Shown here: positions 29,532 through 38,888 of the stretch, piece by piece
How the letters are laid out: every line of letters starts with the position of its first letter
Numbering within the stretch: position 1 is the stretch's first letter
Origin: a candidate division FCPU426 bacterium
GTDB taxonomy: Bacteria > Oederibacteriota > Muellerivitia > Muellerivitales > Muellerivitaceae
Assembly (NCBI GenBank): GCA_963796105.1
Contig: CAWCKJ010000001.1
Coordinates: forward strand, 1-64,000
DNA length: 64,000 nt
Direction of reading: 5' to 3'
Program-made: the position numbers and the translations under genes
Notes under the pieces: generated by a model
Database searches by the model: none
The model's input: only the letters and a program-made list of their open reading frames with translations
Told to the model about the DNA's origin: nothing

Positions 29532-30100
29532 AGAGCCGTTTCCTGAAAATAGCCTTGGTATGTCTGGCCCTGTTGATCCTCCAAAGTGTTTATAGCCTCT
29601 CCACCATCTATTCAACCACCGTTCTTCCAAATAAACCTGGCGCTGTTATCGTGTTCTGCGGAGAACCCAATCGCGTGGTTTCGGCTTTCAAAATAGCCCA
29701 GTCAATAGGCTGTGCCAATCTGATCATTTCGGGGACCCAACAGGAAATGGACGTCTTGAAACCCTTCCTAAAGAATAAGCCGGATATCCAAATCCAAATG
29801 GACTATTACGCCCAAACGACCGATGCCAATGCACGGAACACGGCGCTGATTGTGAAACGGCTGGGAGCAAAGTCCGTTGTCCTCGTGACTTCCTGGTACC
29901 ACTTGTCCCGGGCCGCTTTTCTCATGCGCCTTTACCTTGTGGGGAGTGGAGTGAAGGTCTACCCGGTGGCGGCGGAAGAACGTCCGGCTCGTTTCTGGGA
30001 CGAGGGACAGTTTTGGTTGGAGTCAGTGAAGTTTTGGGGAAGCCTGGGCCGAGTAGCTTTAGCTAAGTTGGGATTTGAAAAACCCTGGTTTCACAGCTAA
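29528..30100 (+). CDS. YdcF/DUF218 (ElyC-like) protein, copy 2
   Basis: TTDANA, LVTSWYHLSRA, ESVKFWGSLGRV; paralog of 27754..28362. Confidence 0.8.
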   Translation: MKSRFLKIALVCLALLILQSVYSLSTIYSTTVLPNKPGAVIVFCGEPNRVVSAFKIAQSIGCANLIISGTQQEMDVLKPFLKNKPDIQIQMDYYAQTTDANARNTALIVKRLGAKSVVLVTSWYHLSRAAFLMRLYLVGSGVKVYPVAAEERPARFWDEGQFWLESVKFWGSLGRVALAKLGFEKPWFHS

Positions 30101-30164
30101 ACAGATAATTTTCTTGGAGATTTTCCGTCCTAGCAAAAAACGAAAAGCAAAATTCATTCAGACC

Positions 30165-30193
30165 TTGACAATGTGTCGCTAGTAAACGACAAT
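30165..30193 (+). promoter_or_regulatory. sigma70-type promoter with overlapping palindromic operator of the TA operon
   Basis: TTGACA (30165-30170), 17-bp spacer, GACAAT (30188-30193); inverted repeat TGTCG/CGACA at 30174-30191. Confidence 0.65.
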
Positions 30194-30199
30194 TGATCC

Positions 30200-30550
30200 A
30201 TGGAAGCTAGGCCCCGAACCGTTATTAATTACGCTAAATCCGACGGGGTCGAACCGGTCGATGTTTGGTTCCGGCATCTGAAAGATCCGATAGGGAAGAA
30301 GGCAGTTTCAGATCGGATTAAAAGGGTTAGGTTGGGCACCTTGGGCCACGTTGACAACGTTGGCGAAGGTGTTTGGGGTTTGAAGGTGGACGTGGGACCG
30401 GGTTACAGGGTTTATTTCGGTCAGGACGGACCGGTGTTGGTTATCCTTCTTTGTGGAGGAGAAAAGCACGGCCAGGACAAAGACGCGGCAACCGCGAGGA
30501 AGTTTTGGCAAGACTATAAAAGCCGGAAGCAGAAGGAGGATGGCAAATGA
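30200..30550 (+). CDS. RelE/ParE-superfamily toxin (addiction-module killer type)
   Basis: RI.R...G.LG, VGEGV..L.VDVGPGYRVYF, ILLCGG.K..Q.KD. Confidence 0.9.
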   Translation: MEARPRTVINYAKSDGVEPVDVWFRHLKDPIGKKAVSDRIKRVRLGTLGHVDNVGEGVWGLKVDVGPGYRVYFGQDGPVLVILLCGGEKHGQDKDAATARKFWQDYKSRKQKEDGK

Positions 30551-30903
30551 AAAATAAAAAAGTTTATTCCCCGAGGGGTAGTGAGTTTAAAGACACTGTT
30601 GTTCGTGAGCTAAAAGAGGATGCCGCATACCGCGAAGAGTACCTCAAAGACCTTTTAATCGAGCAAGACCTTCCAATGTTGTCTCTTGGGCTTCGTGACC
30701 TTATTGAGGCTTTAGGGGGGATCGGGAAGCTTGCGAAGGAAACCGGCCTCAACCGGCAGAACCTTTACAAATCCCTTTCCGGTAAAGTCCGCCCGGATTT
30801 TCCAACCCTCTTGAAAATTATTAATTTCGCTGGATTCGACCTTTCCATCAAGAAGAAATCCAAAGGGAAACCTTCCGGGCACACCTTGGCTTTGGCACAT
30901 TAA
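30547..30903 (+). CDS. HTH antitoxin (addiction-module antidote type)
   Basis: GGIGKLAKETGLNRQNLYKSLS...P.F.T; overlaps toxin stop. Confidence 0.88.
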   Translation: MKNKKVYSPRGSEFKDTVVRELKEDAAYREEYLKDLLIEQDLPMLSLGLRDLIEALGGIGKLAKETGLNRQNLYKSLSGKVRPDFPTLLKIINFAGFDLSIKKKSKGKPSGHTLALAH

Positions 30904-31032
30904 AGTTAGAGGGCTTTAAACGAGTTTTTGGGATGCTCCGAGGATTGCAACTAATTTAATTGATAAAGATTGAAAGGCCCGTAGCACCGGGGCAGTTTTG
31001 TATCCAAAATTCCTCCGGGAAGATCCCCAAAC

Positions 31033-31215
31033 TTATTCCTTCGATTTGGCCTCGAAAGAGTGATTCCTTATTCTTTTTTTGATTGATTTAGTCAGTTGAA
31101 TTTCCCAATAGCGAAACCAAACTTTTTTACCACTTTTGGATTTGTAGCGCGGGAAGGTAGGGGCGATCAGCAAGCCAGCAAGGTCAATGGCTAAGTCTTC
31201 TACCGGTTTTTCCAC
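31033..31215 (-). CDS. hypothetical protein
   Basis: ORF in tandem with 31225..31476; no recognisable motif. Confidence 0.35.
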   Translation of the reverse strand: MEKPVEDLAIDLAGLLIAPTFPRYKSKSGKKVWFRYWEIQLTKSIKKRIRNHSFEAKSKE

Positions 31216-31224
31216 TTAAAAACC

Positions 31225-31476
31225 TCAGTCGTTTTCTGGCCCAAACAGGCAATTTCGTAATGATTTGGGAACCCGGTCTTTACCCTCGTAGATGATCTGT
31301 CCCATCCGCCATTGGGTTACCCGAAGGCATTTCAAAAGGGCGAAATCCGAATGAAGTGCAGGGGTTGGGTAAATGGCACCGAGCCGGGCATTCCTGAAGA
31401 AATATAGGTAATCCGATTCCAAACGGCCTCTTTCATAACGATATCTATAGATATTTCTGATAATAACGCCCTCCAT
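31225..31476 (-). CDS. hypothetical protein
   Basis: ORF divergent from the XRE gene; no recognisable motif. Confidence 0.35.
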   Translation of the reverse strand: MEGVIIRNIYRYRYERGRLESDYLYFFRNARLGAIYPTPALHSDFALLKCLRVTQWRMGQIIYEGKDRVPKSLRNCLFGPEND

Positions 31477-31491
31477 CCTATCTTGTAAAGC

Positions 31492-31716
31492 ATGAAAAAG
31501 TCCAAATACACTGAAGTCATAAAGTTTGGGGAGAATGTAAGGAAGTTACGGGTGAAAAAGGGTTTAACCCAGGAAGATTTGGCTGAATTAACCGGCTTAC
31601 AGGCCGCTTATATCGGTTTTGTTGAAAGGGGATTGAGGTCACCTTCCATTCGGACCACCGCCAAGCTTTACAAGGCTTTGGGTTGCCAACCTAACATCTT
31701 GTTCAAAGGCGTCTAG
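31492..31716 (+). CDS. XRE-family HTH regulator (controller-protein-like)
   Basis: FGENVRKLR..KGLTQEDLAE.TGL...YIG.VERG.RSPS. Confidence 0.9.
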   Translation: MKKSKYTEVIKFGENVRKLRVKKGLTQEDLAELTGLQAAYIGFVERGLRSPSIRTTAKLYKALGCQPNILFKGV

Positions 31717-31855
31717 CGGTCCGCGAACAGCCACTCATGTCAAAAAGGTGGCGAAAAAATCAACAAGGCTCTTTTTATTTTTCTTCCCTTGCCCCGGAGG
31801 TTTTAAAGTTTTATTATTTTCTTAAGGAAGTTTTAACCTGTGTAGGCGGCAGAGC

Positions 31856-32326
31856 ATGAAACTTTTAGGCGACATTTTTTCCAACCTTTTCCTTCTTGGC
31901 CTTGTGGTTTTCATTGGCCTCTTCTGCTTGATGATGGTCTTGGGCGGTATTGCTTTTATTGGCAAGATTTTGTTTTACGTTTTTTATCCCCTCTATTTCC
32001 TAACTTTAAAACCAGTCATTTGGGCTGTTAGTTCAGTTTTTCAAAGCCGGTGTCCTCAGTGCAAAGGGTTCTTCAAAAGAAATTTGGTCGATTTTGAAGT
32101 TGCTAGTGCGGAAGAAGTCCGCAAGACCGTTAACCGGGTTGATCGGGGAACCATTTATTCCAATCGGCTTTTTGTTCCAAATATGGGATACGAAGTAAAT
32201 CGTAAGGAACAAGTAAGCCTGATTCAAAAGACGATTCAAAACCATTGGGAGTGCAAAAATCCTAACTGCGCCCACCAGTGGCAAACCGAAGAATTCCAGG
32301 AATTTGAAGGTTCCTTGGAGCATTGA
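31856..32326 (+). CDS. membrane protein with zinc-ribbon-like C-terminus
   Basis: Hydrophobic N-terminus; CPQC ... CKNPNC.H.W. Confidence 0.65.
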   Translation: MKLLGDIFSNLFLLGLVVFIGLFCLMMVLGGIAFIGKILFYVFYPLYFLTLKPVIWAVSSVFQSRCPQCKGFFKRNLVDFEVASAEEVRKTVNRVDRGTIYSNRLFVPNMGYEVNRKEQVSLIQKTIQNHWECKNPNCAHQWQTEEFQEFEGSLEH

Positions 32327-32526
32327 AAATTTGAGTTGACCTAAATTTCTTAATTAACTCGCTAGATAGTGAATGTCCCTTCTGCCACCCAATCAAAAAG
32401 TACATAGTTATCAGGACAAACCCTTTAAGTTGGATTATTATGAATTTCCATGTTTGACGTCATCTGAACTGAATCTACTTTGAGCCAACGTTTGGCATCC
32501 TTAAAAGAAATACCTGGAAATAACTA

Positions 32527-33384
32527 ATGATTTTATCCCCGCAAACTTCCACTTTGGACCGCAATAGTTTTGAAGGCTTGGTTCCTGATAATTTTGACAA
32601 TGATTTGACTGTTGACCTAAGTCGTGTTGAATTTGTGAAACCTTGGGGCATTGTCGGTTTGTGTCTTCTGCTAACTGAATTGCAGGGAAAGGGTTTGAAT
32701 TTTGAAGTGGTCTTGCCTAAAAAGCATGACGTGCTGGTTTACTTGAAAAGGATTCATTTCGGGTCGTTCGTAGAGGAGTTGGGATTATCGGTAAAGTTTG
32801 AAGCCCTCAATAGAGTGAGTATTCAGGAACACTCGACGGAAGGAACTCTAATTGAATTGACTCGTCTCAAATTGAGAGATGATTTTCAGGCTAGATTTGA
32901 GCAACTGGTTCGTATTCTCCAACGAATCGGCCTGGATGAGGAACGTTCTTTTTTAACGGTTGGCTTGATGGGAGAGGCCGCCGATAACATCTTCTTTCAT
33001 AATTTTGGTCGTTGGCCTTTTCGCCAATTTGTCGGAGGGCTTTTCATGGTTCAAAAATGGCCTAAGGTCAACACGATTGAAGTGGCTGTTGGTGATTTCG
33101 GAATTGGAATCCGTGCTTCTCTTATGGAGGTTGATGAATATAAGAATTTACATACAGATGAGGAAGCCATTCGAAAAGCCTTGGAAACAAATGTTACTTC
33201 TCGGCCACAACAGCGTGGCGGCAATGGTCTTCCGTTCATTTTGCGGACAATTCAGGCTGATCTTCGCGGTGAAATGGATATCCGCTCAGGTGATAGTCAA
33301 TTGCGGGTAAATGGAGGGACTCAATGCCTGTTTAAAGGAAAACAGTTAGTTGGTACAATGATTGGGTTGACGATAAATTATTAG
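32527..33384 (+). CDS. STAS-like plus GHKL/HATPase-domain protein
   Basis: VDLSRVEFVKP N-terminus; E..DNIFFH (N box), GDFGIGI (G1), GGNGL (G2), IRSG, GT. Confidence 0.78.
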   Translation: MILSPQTSTLDRNSFEGLVPDNFDNDLTVDLSRVEFVKPWGIVGLCLLLTELQGKGLNFEVVLPKKHDVLVYLKRIHFGSFVEELGLSVKFEALNRVSIQEHSTEGTLIELTRLKLRDDFQARFEQLVRILQRIGLDEERSFLTVGLMGEAADNIFFHNFGRWPFRQFVGGLFMVQKWPKVNTIEVAVGDFGIGIRASLMEVDEYKNLHTDEEAIRKALETNVTSRPQQRGGNGLPFILRTIQADLRGEMDIRSGDSQLRVNGGTQCLFKGKQLVGTMIGLTINY

Positions 33385-33399
33385 GATTGGTACAAAGTC

Positions 33400-33744
33400 A
33401 TGGTTGTTGTACACCAAAAATCCGATGCGGGCAGGTTTGTCGCTTTTGATTTCAGCCGTTTTGGGCTGATGTTAAATGGTCGTGAGGACGGGATGAAGGC
33501 TTTCCCACAATTAGAAAGCGCTGTTTTATCTTTAAAGCCTGGCGAGAAGTTATTAATAGATTTAGGCAACGTGAAGATCTTAAATCCCTCGTTTGCCGAT
33601 GAAACTCTTTCCATTCTTTTGGAAAAACACCCGGATTCTTTTTTAATCACTGGCAAGTTGGGTCTTGCGGTTCAACGTGGCTTGGAACAGGTTGAACGCC
33701 AAAGAAGCATAAACTTTCCAGTCTTGGAATCTTCACCTAAATAA
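33400..33744 (+). CDS. STAS-like (DUF4325-type) protein
   Basis: L.GR..G and IDLGNVKILNPSFADE motif; follows the HATPase gene. Confidence 0.75.
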   Translation: MVVVHQKSDAGRFVAFDFSRFGLMLNGREDGMKAFPQLESAVLSLKPGEKLLIDLGNVKILNPSFADETLSILLEKHPDSFLITGKLGLAVQRGLEQVERQRSINFPVLESSPK

Positions 33745-33799
33745 TTCCCTCATAAGATTCGAAAATTTTCAATTTAGATTTAATTGCATCTTTCCTCTT

Positions 33800-34213
33800 T
33801 TATTTTAAAAACTCCTTTGCCAAATCCTCTGCTTTGTAAACCAGATAAGGCCAGGTCATTTCACCAACTGTAGGCTTTTGAAAAACCCAAAACAAGAGTT
33901 TTGAATTATCATCCGGGAAAGTAAGTAATCGGAGTTGTTCCTTTGTAAAACCTCGGACAACATATTTTTTTATGTCCTGTTCTTGACGGGTAGAACGAAA
34001 AATCTCAGCATCGGTTTCTCTGAAAAATAATGGGAGTGCCATTTGAAAATCCTGTGATTCCACAAGGATAACGTAAAAGTTGCCGGTAATTTTCCCATTG
34101 GACAATTCCATCAAACCCCAAAAGGGCTGTCCCTCAATATTCTCATCAGGAAATAATTTCTTTAAACGCTCGCCTAAATCCTTTAAGAAGCCTTTTTTAT
34201 CCTTTCCGTTCAT
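33800..34213 (-). CDS. hypothetical protein
   Basis: 137-aa ORF with AAGGA RBS, downstream of the XRE gene. Confidence 0.6.
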   Translation of the reverse strand: MNGKDKKGFLKDLGERLKKLFPDENIEGQPFWGLMELSNGKITGNFYVILVESQDFQMALPLFFRETDAEIFRSTRQEQDIKKYVVRGFTKEQLRLLTFPDDNSKLLFWVFQKPTVGEMTWPYLVYKAEDLAKEFLK

Positions 34214-34263
34214 AACGTTTCCTTAAATCTCAAACCTTTAAAACCATCGTGCTTCAAAGGAGT

Positions 34264-34575
34264 TTATTTGAAGTTTTTATAACCGCCAGGAACTGAATCA
34301 TCTGGAAAAAAATCATGTATTGAACAGTCAAAGACTTTCGCAAGCTTGAATAAGACCGTAGAAGGTACACGTATTTCTTTATTTCTTTCCCATCGCTGAA
34401 CCTGCCTTGGCTCCACGTCCATTATTACGGAAAGATCCTCTTGGGTCATTTTCCTTTTGCACCTTATTACAAAGATGCGACGCTGAATTTCTTCAAAAAA
34501 TGATTGTTCAGAAGGATATGGATGAGCCATTAATTTCATGCTATTCCAACTGAAATAATTTTTTAAGGTCTTCAA
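34264..34575 (-). CDS. XRE-family HTH regulator divergent from operon copy 1
   Basis: R..RKMTQEDLS......RQVQRWE...LFKLAKVFDCSI.DFF; start uncertain. Confidence 0.8.
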   Translation of the reverse strand: MKTLKNYFSWNSMKLMAHPYPSEQSFFEEIQRRIFVIRCKRKMTQEDLSVIMDVEPRQVQRWERNKEIRVPSTVLFKLAKVFDCSIHDFFPDDSVPGGYKNFK

Positions 34576-34702
34576 AAGACGTGGTGTTCCTTAAGAAATA
34601 ATTCAAAACTACCTCCTAGTCATACGGGCAAAAACCAAATGGAAGTTGAATGAAAACTTTGGTTATGCGGTGGGAGCCCGTAGGCGCTTATGGAGGGTTA
34701 GT

Positions 34703-35785
34703 ATGAAAAGGGATTCAGCTATTATTTTGGGATTATTGCTGACTGCAACTTCTGCTTTAATTTGTTCAATAGGCTGTCAAAACAAAGGCCCTTCCAACCC
34801 TTACGACTTACCTTTTACCCCCACTCCTACCCAGATCGTTCATATCACGGGATCAGTTAGCGCTTTTGCGCAAGACAAAGGTTTAGCCGTTCCGGGCCTT
34901 TTAATTCAAGCAATACCACCCTCAGCCGTTACGGTTTACAGCCAGTCAACTACTACAAGCGGAATAGCGACTTTCAACCCGCCCTACCTGGAAGTGGGGA
35001 ATTGGACATTCGTTGTACCCGCCCAAACGCCCTTTCCATTTGCCCCCAGCACGATCACCATGCCGGTATCCGTTGCGAACGAAACGGCCAATTTCAATTC
35101 AGCGGGAGTCACAATTCAGATGACCCCGCCTATTCCCGCCGCTTATACGGGAACAAATGGCGGAGTATTTGTTTATGGGCTTGCATACACCCAACCCGGA
35201 AGTCTTTTAGTTCCGGTTAAGTTGGGCTTTCCTTCTTTGCCCCCTAATTGGAGCAGGTCTTATTCCCCGACCACCATTGGGTATGTCTCGAACGATTCCG
35301 CCACGGTAACAATTACCGGCTCTTCCTGTGTGGATCAGCCACTCAGCTTTGCCGTGACAGCACTTGACCTGGAACCCACACCTTATCCCAGGGCTTATAG
35401 CACCCCTCAAACCATTACTAAAAACTTTACTTCCACGGTCACGGTGTCTTGGTATTCCCCAAACTTCAACAATATTTCAAATTGCAATGTCGAAAGGCAA
35501 TCCAACGCTGGAACCCTCACGGTCTCAAGCACAAATTCTTGCGCCACGGTGAATGTTTGGATCAATGAACCTTCCACCAATTGCACTTCCGGCTCATGGA
35601 ATACCCCAAATGGGAATACAAACGCCGAAGGCGGGGTGATTTCGTTTGGCCCTGGCTCTTACTCCTGTCAGTACACCAGTGACGGGGGATTCCCAACGTT
35701 TCATGCTTCTTGTAGCAGTAATGGAGCTTCCGGAAGTGTCCAAGTTGGGAATGGAACCTTTACGGTTTTAAACACGGGTTATTGA
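34703..35785 (+). CDS. lipoprotein with conserved N-region and variable Cys-rich tip, paralog 1
   Basis: RBS GGAGGG, lipobox-like SIGC, PTPTP linker, beta-rich Thr/Ser/Gly body. Confidence 0.8.
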   Translation: MKRDSAIILGLLLTATSALICSIGCQNKGPSNPYDLPFTPTPTQIVHITGSVSAFAQDKGLAVPGLLIQAIPPSAVTVYSQSTTTSGIATFNPPYLEVGNWTFVVPAQTPFPFAPSTITMPVSVANETANFNSAGVTIQMTPPIPAAYTGTNGGVFVYGLAYTQPGSLLVPVKLGFPSLPPNWSRSYSPTTIGYVSNDSATVTITGSSCVDQPLSFAVTALDLEPTPYPRAYSTPQTITKNFTSTVTVSWYSPNFNNISNCNVERQSNAGTLTVSSTNSCATVNVWINEPSTNCTSGSWNTPNGNTNAEGGVISFGPGSYSCQYTSDGGFPTFHASCSSNGASGSVQVGNGTFTVLNTGY

Positions 35786-35800
35786 GGAGGGGTACTCATC

Positions 35801-36895
35801 ATGAAAAAAATAACTTTAACCATCTTTTCGTTTTTAATGACGTTCCAAATCTTCTTATCCTTTTATGGGTGCAACAACAAGAACAGCCCTGCCACACCCT
35901 ACGACCTTCCATTTAGCCCCACACCAACCCAGATCGCCCACGTTTACGGCCCGGTCATGGTTTCGGTTATTGATAAAAATTTAGCCGTACAAAGCGTGAC
36001 GGTTTTAGCAATACCGCCTTCTGGGTCTGCCACTTTTTCGGGGGCAACAACGACTACGGGGATCGCAACCTTCAACCCGCCCTACCTTGAGGTGGGAAAC
36101 TGGACTTTCATTGTTCCACAGCAAACGGGTTTTCCCTTTGCCCCCTCCACCATCACGATGCCGGTTTCTGTTGCCAATGAGCAGGCCGGTTTTAATTCTG
36201 CCGGTGCAACAATTCAACTGACCCTTCCGGTGCCTGCGGCTTTTAGCTCTACCAATGGCGGGGTTTTTGTTTATGGGGTTGCATACAACCAGCCGGGAAG
36301 TCTCTTGGTGCCAGTCCAACTTTCCTTGTCCAGTCTTCCAAGCAATTGGAACTGGGGTTCCTCGCCAACCACCCTTGGCTATTCGGCAAGCGTAACCGGG
36401 GCCGTGACAATTACAGGGGCTTCCTGCGTTGATTCCTCACCAAACTTCACGGTTACGGCCTTTGATTTTGAACCCACGCCCTATCCAAGGGCATCGAGTT
36501 CTCCCCAAACGATCAGCAAGAATTTCACTTCTAACGTTACGGTTTCTTGGAACACAACGGGCCTCAACTCTAGTTTTTGCAACAACGGGACCGCCATTGG
36601 GATTGTTTACGGGACCCTTACGGTTTCGACCTCCAACGCTTGTTCCTCCACGGCTGTTGTATCAGTTTCCATGAACGCGGGAAATTGTTGTTACAGCCGT
36701 TTCGCCACCCCGAACGGGACCCAGAGCGGTGCTAATTGCGGGGGAGGGGGCATCCAATTCGGGCCGGGGAGTTATTCCTGCGAGATCGACAGCGGGGCCA
36801 CTTGGGGGGCTTTGAACTGCTCTTTCAAAGGAAATTCCAACACGGTCAACGTGCCCACTTCCGGGTCCGTGCAGATCCTCAGCGTGAATTATTAG
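35801..36895 (+). CDS. lipoprotein with conserved N-region and variable Cys-rich tip, paralog 2
   Basis: FYGC lipobox-like; shares GIATFNPPYLEVGNWTF and FPFAPSTITMPVSVANE with paralog 1. Confidence 0.8.
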   Translation: MKKITLTIFSFLMTFQIFLSFYGCNNKNSPATPYDLPFSPTPTQIAHVYGPVMVSVIDKNLAVQSVTVLAIPPSGSATFSGATTTTGIATFNPPYLEVGNWTFIVPQQTGFPFAPSTITMPVSVANEQAGFNSAGATIQLTLPVPAAFSSTNGGVFVYGVAYNQPGSLLVPVQLSLSSLPSNWNWGSSPTTLGYSASVTGAVTITGASCVDSSPNFTVTAFDFEPTPYPRASSSPQTISKNFTSNVTVSWNTTGLNSSFCNNGTAIGIVYGTLTVSTSNACSSTAVVSVSMNAGNCCYSRFATPNGTQSGANCGGGGIQFGPGSYSCEIDSGATWGALNCSFKGNSNTVNVPTSGSVQILSVNY

Positions 36896-36905
36896 GAGTG
36901 AAAAT

Positions 36906-37661
36906 ATGAAGTTTCATTATTGGTTGGGGCTGGTTTTTCTATTAACCGGATGCGAAAAGGGTCCAGCCGGACCAACGGGACCGCAAGGCCAACCGGGGGC
37001 GGGAATTCCCGGATATTCGGCGGAGTTTGAAAACGGCCTTTACCCTGACAGTGGGTATGGCGGATGCGATCCCCATTGGCTGGATGGTGGAAACCCCAAT
37101 ACGGCACAGGGGACCGGCCAGATTGAGGTTGCCACGGGAGCGGCAAGTTCCAATGTGGCTTTAGGCTTGATCCGTTTCAACCTTTCCTACGCCGTGCCTT
37201 TCAACGCGACCATCACCTCTGCCAGCCTTCAATTGACGACCCAAACCACCACTACCCTTTCCACCGGAACCTATGTTTTGGGGGCGCATCAAGTAATACC
37301 ACCGCCCGCAGGACAAGTGCCCTGGAACGATTCCAGCACTTGGAACGTGGTGGTTCCTCCGTATGGATGGAACGGAGGGTCAAGCTCACCTATCACCGCC
37401 GGAATGGATTACAACGCCACGCCTATTGACGCCGTGACCATTACCTCTTCTCAGGTCAATTCCAACCAAGTCCTTTTGGCTTGGAACATTACCCCTTCCC
37501 TTGCCCAGGTATGGGTTAACCCTTCCAACAATAATTACGGGGTTTTGATTTCCCCCGAGCCCGAGACGAGTGGAACCCTATCGGGGTTTATTTCCTTTTG
37601 GGACAACACCGGAACCAACCAGCAGAAACCGAAAATGCTGGTTACCTACACCATTCCATAA
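36906..37661 (+). CDS. lipoprotein with short collagen-like repeat and DNRLRE-like beta-sandwich
   Basis: LTGC lipobox; GPAGPTGPQGQPG; LIRFNLS...ATITSASLQL, NNYGVLI, PKMLVTY. Confidence 0.72.
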   Translation: MKFHYWLGLVFLLTGCEKGPAGPTGPQGQPGAGIPGYSAEFENGLYPDSGYGGCDPHWLDGGNPNTAQGTGQIEVATGAASSNVALGLIRFNLSYAVPFNATITSASLQLTTQTTTTLSTGTYVLGAHQVIPPPAGQVPWNDSSTWNVVVPPYGWNGGSSSPITAGMDYNATPIDAVTITSSQVNSNQVLLAWNITPSLAQVWVNPSNNNYGVLISPEPETSGTLSGFISFWDNTGTNQQKPKMLVTYTIP

Positions 37662-37670
37662 GGGGAAAAA

Positions 37671-38888
37671 ATGAAAAAATTAACTTTTATCGTGATCCTT
37701 TTAATTTTGTCTATTTCGGGACCAGTTTTCGCAAAGACCAAGCCGAAACTTACCCCCACTCCCAGCCCTTCACCCACCCCGCCGCCTAAACCAAATTGGC
37801 TTCCGCCCCCCCATGTGGATAACGACTCAAAAGCGCTTAACGCAACGGTGGCGGCCCATTATTCAACGGATGCTTCCGGGACATCAGGTTATGGCTTGTT
37901 TGATCTTTCGGCGATAAGGAAGTTGGATGAAAACGATGTTTCGGCAATGGGGACCATCCGCTTTAAAAAAGCCTATTCCAGTACGGATGAGGCCGGTGCC
38001 ATCGACTTAAGGGAAGCGAATCTTTCCCTATCCGAACCCTGGATGGAAGCCCGGATCGGTCGCATGGATTTATCTGATCTTGTCAGTACGACCCATTTTT
38101 TTGGGCTGTATCCCCTAATGGGAGAAAGACGGCTTGATGGAATCAAATTTTATCTTCCGTTCAAATTCTTTTTTGGGGTTGAGGATTACAAGAGCGTTTC
38201 AAGTCCACCTACTTCCTTGAGTTTCTTTTATTTTCCAACCCTTCTTTCCGCCCAAAACGCCATCCTCGACGGCTCCCAAGGGTTCTTTATGGGACAGGCA
38301 AGGATGAAGCTTAATTTTGGGGATTTAAGGACGGTTCTTCTTTTTAACTTGGGTGCCAGCTCATCCGATTATTTCCATTTCGGTTCCTTGAGTGGGAATC
38401 CTACCTATTCCATTTGCGGGGAAGCGAATTTCTCCAAGTTTTACACCCTTTACTTTGAATACGGTGTCCAGGATTCGTCCCATTCGGGCGATACGAACGC
38501 TTTTACTTTTGGGGCAAGGGTCGAACACCTGTTTACTTGGGAATTCCTATCCCTCGATCAGGTCACGTTTGAAGCCCAAATTCCATTGGCCGACAACCTG
38601 AACAACCCTTTCACCGGGGGTAACGGCATTAATCCTTCCCTGGCAATGTCCCCACAGATGGCTTGGTATGGAAAGGCAAGAGTGCGGATCAGATCCATAT
38701 TCATCGACTTTAATGTCACCAATACGGTGAACGACTTTACCTTGGCGCGGTTGAATTCCTCGAATATCAATACCCCTTTGCCAACTCCGGTTGGAAAAGG
38801 AAATGAAACGGATGGCCTAGAAATTCCGCTTTCGTCCTCAAGTTACAACAACATTGCTTTTGGAATCGATACGGGGGTTTCATTTTGA
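37671..38888 (+). CDS. putative outer-membrane beta-barrel protein
   Basis: Signal peptide, Pro/Thr linker, amphipathic strands, C-terminal FGIDTGVSF. Confidence 0.6.
   Translation: MKKLTFIVILLILSISGPVFAKTKPKLTPTPSPSPTPPPKPNWLPPPHVDNDSKALNATVAAHYSTDASGTSGYGLFDLSAIRKLDENDVSAMGTIRFKKAYSSTDEAGAIDLREANLSLSEPWMEARIGRMDLSDLVSTTHFFGLYPLMGERRLDGIKFYLPFKFFFGVEDYKSVSSPPTSLSFFYFPTLLSAQNAILDGSQGFFMGQARMKLNFGDLRTVLLFNLGASSSDYFHFGSLSGNPTYSICGEANFSKFYTLYFEYGVQDSSHSGDTNAFTFGARVEHLFTWEFLSLDQVTFEAQIPLADNLNNPFTGGNGINPSLAMSPQMAWYGKARVRIRSIFIDFNVTNTVNDFTLARLNSSNINTPLPTPVGKGNETDGLEIPLSSSSYNNIAFGIDTGVSF

Noticed and set aside
34703..36895. Diversity-generating retroelement or shufflon behind the variable lipoprotein tips
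   Set aside because: No reverse transcriptase, no template/variable repeat pair differing only at adenines, and no inverted cassettes with recombination sites are visible.
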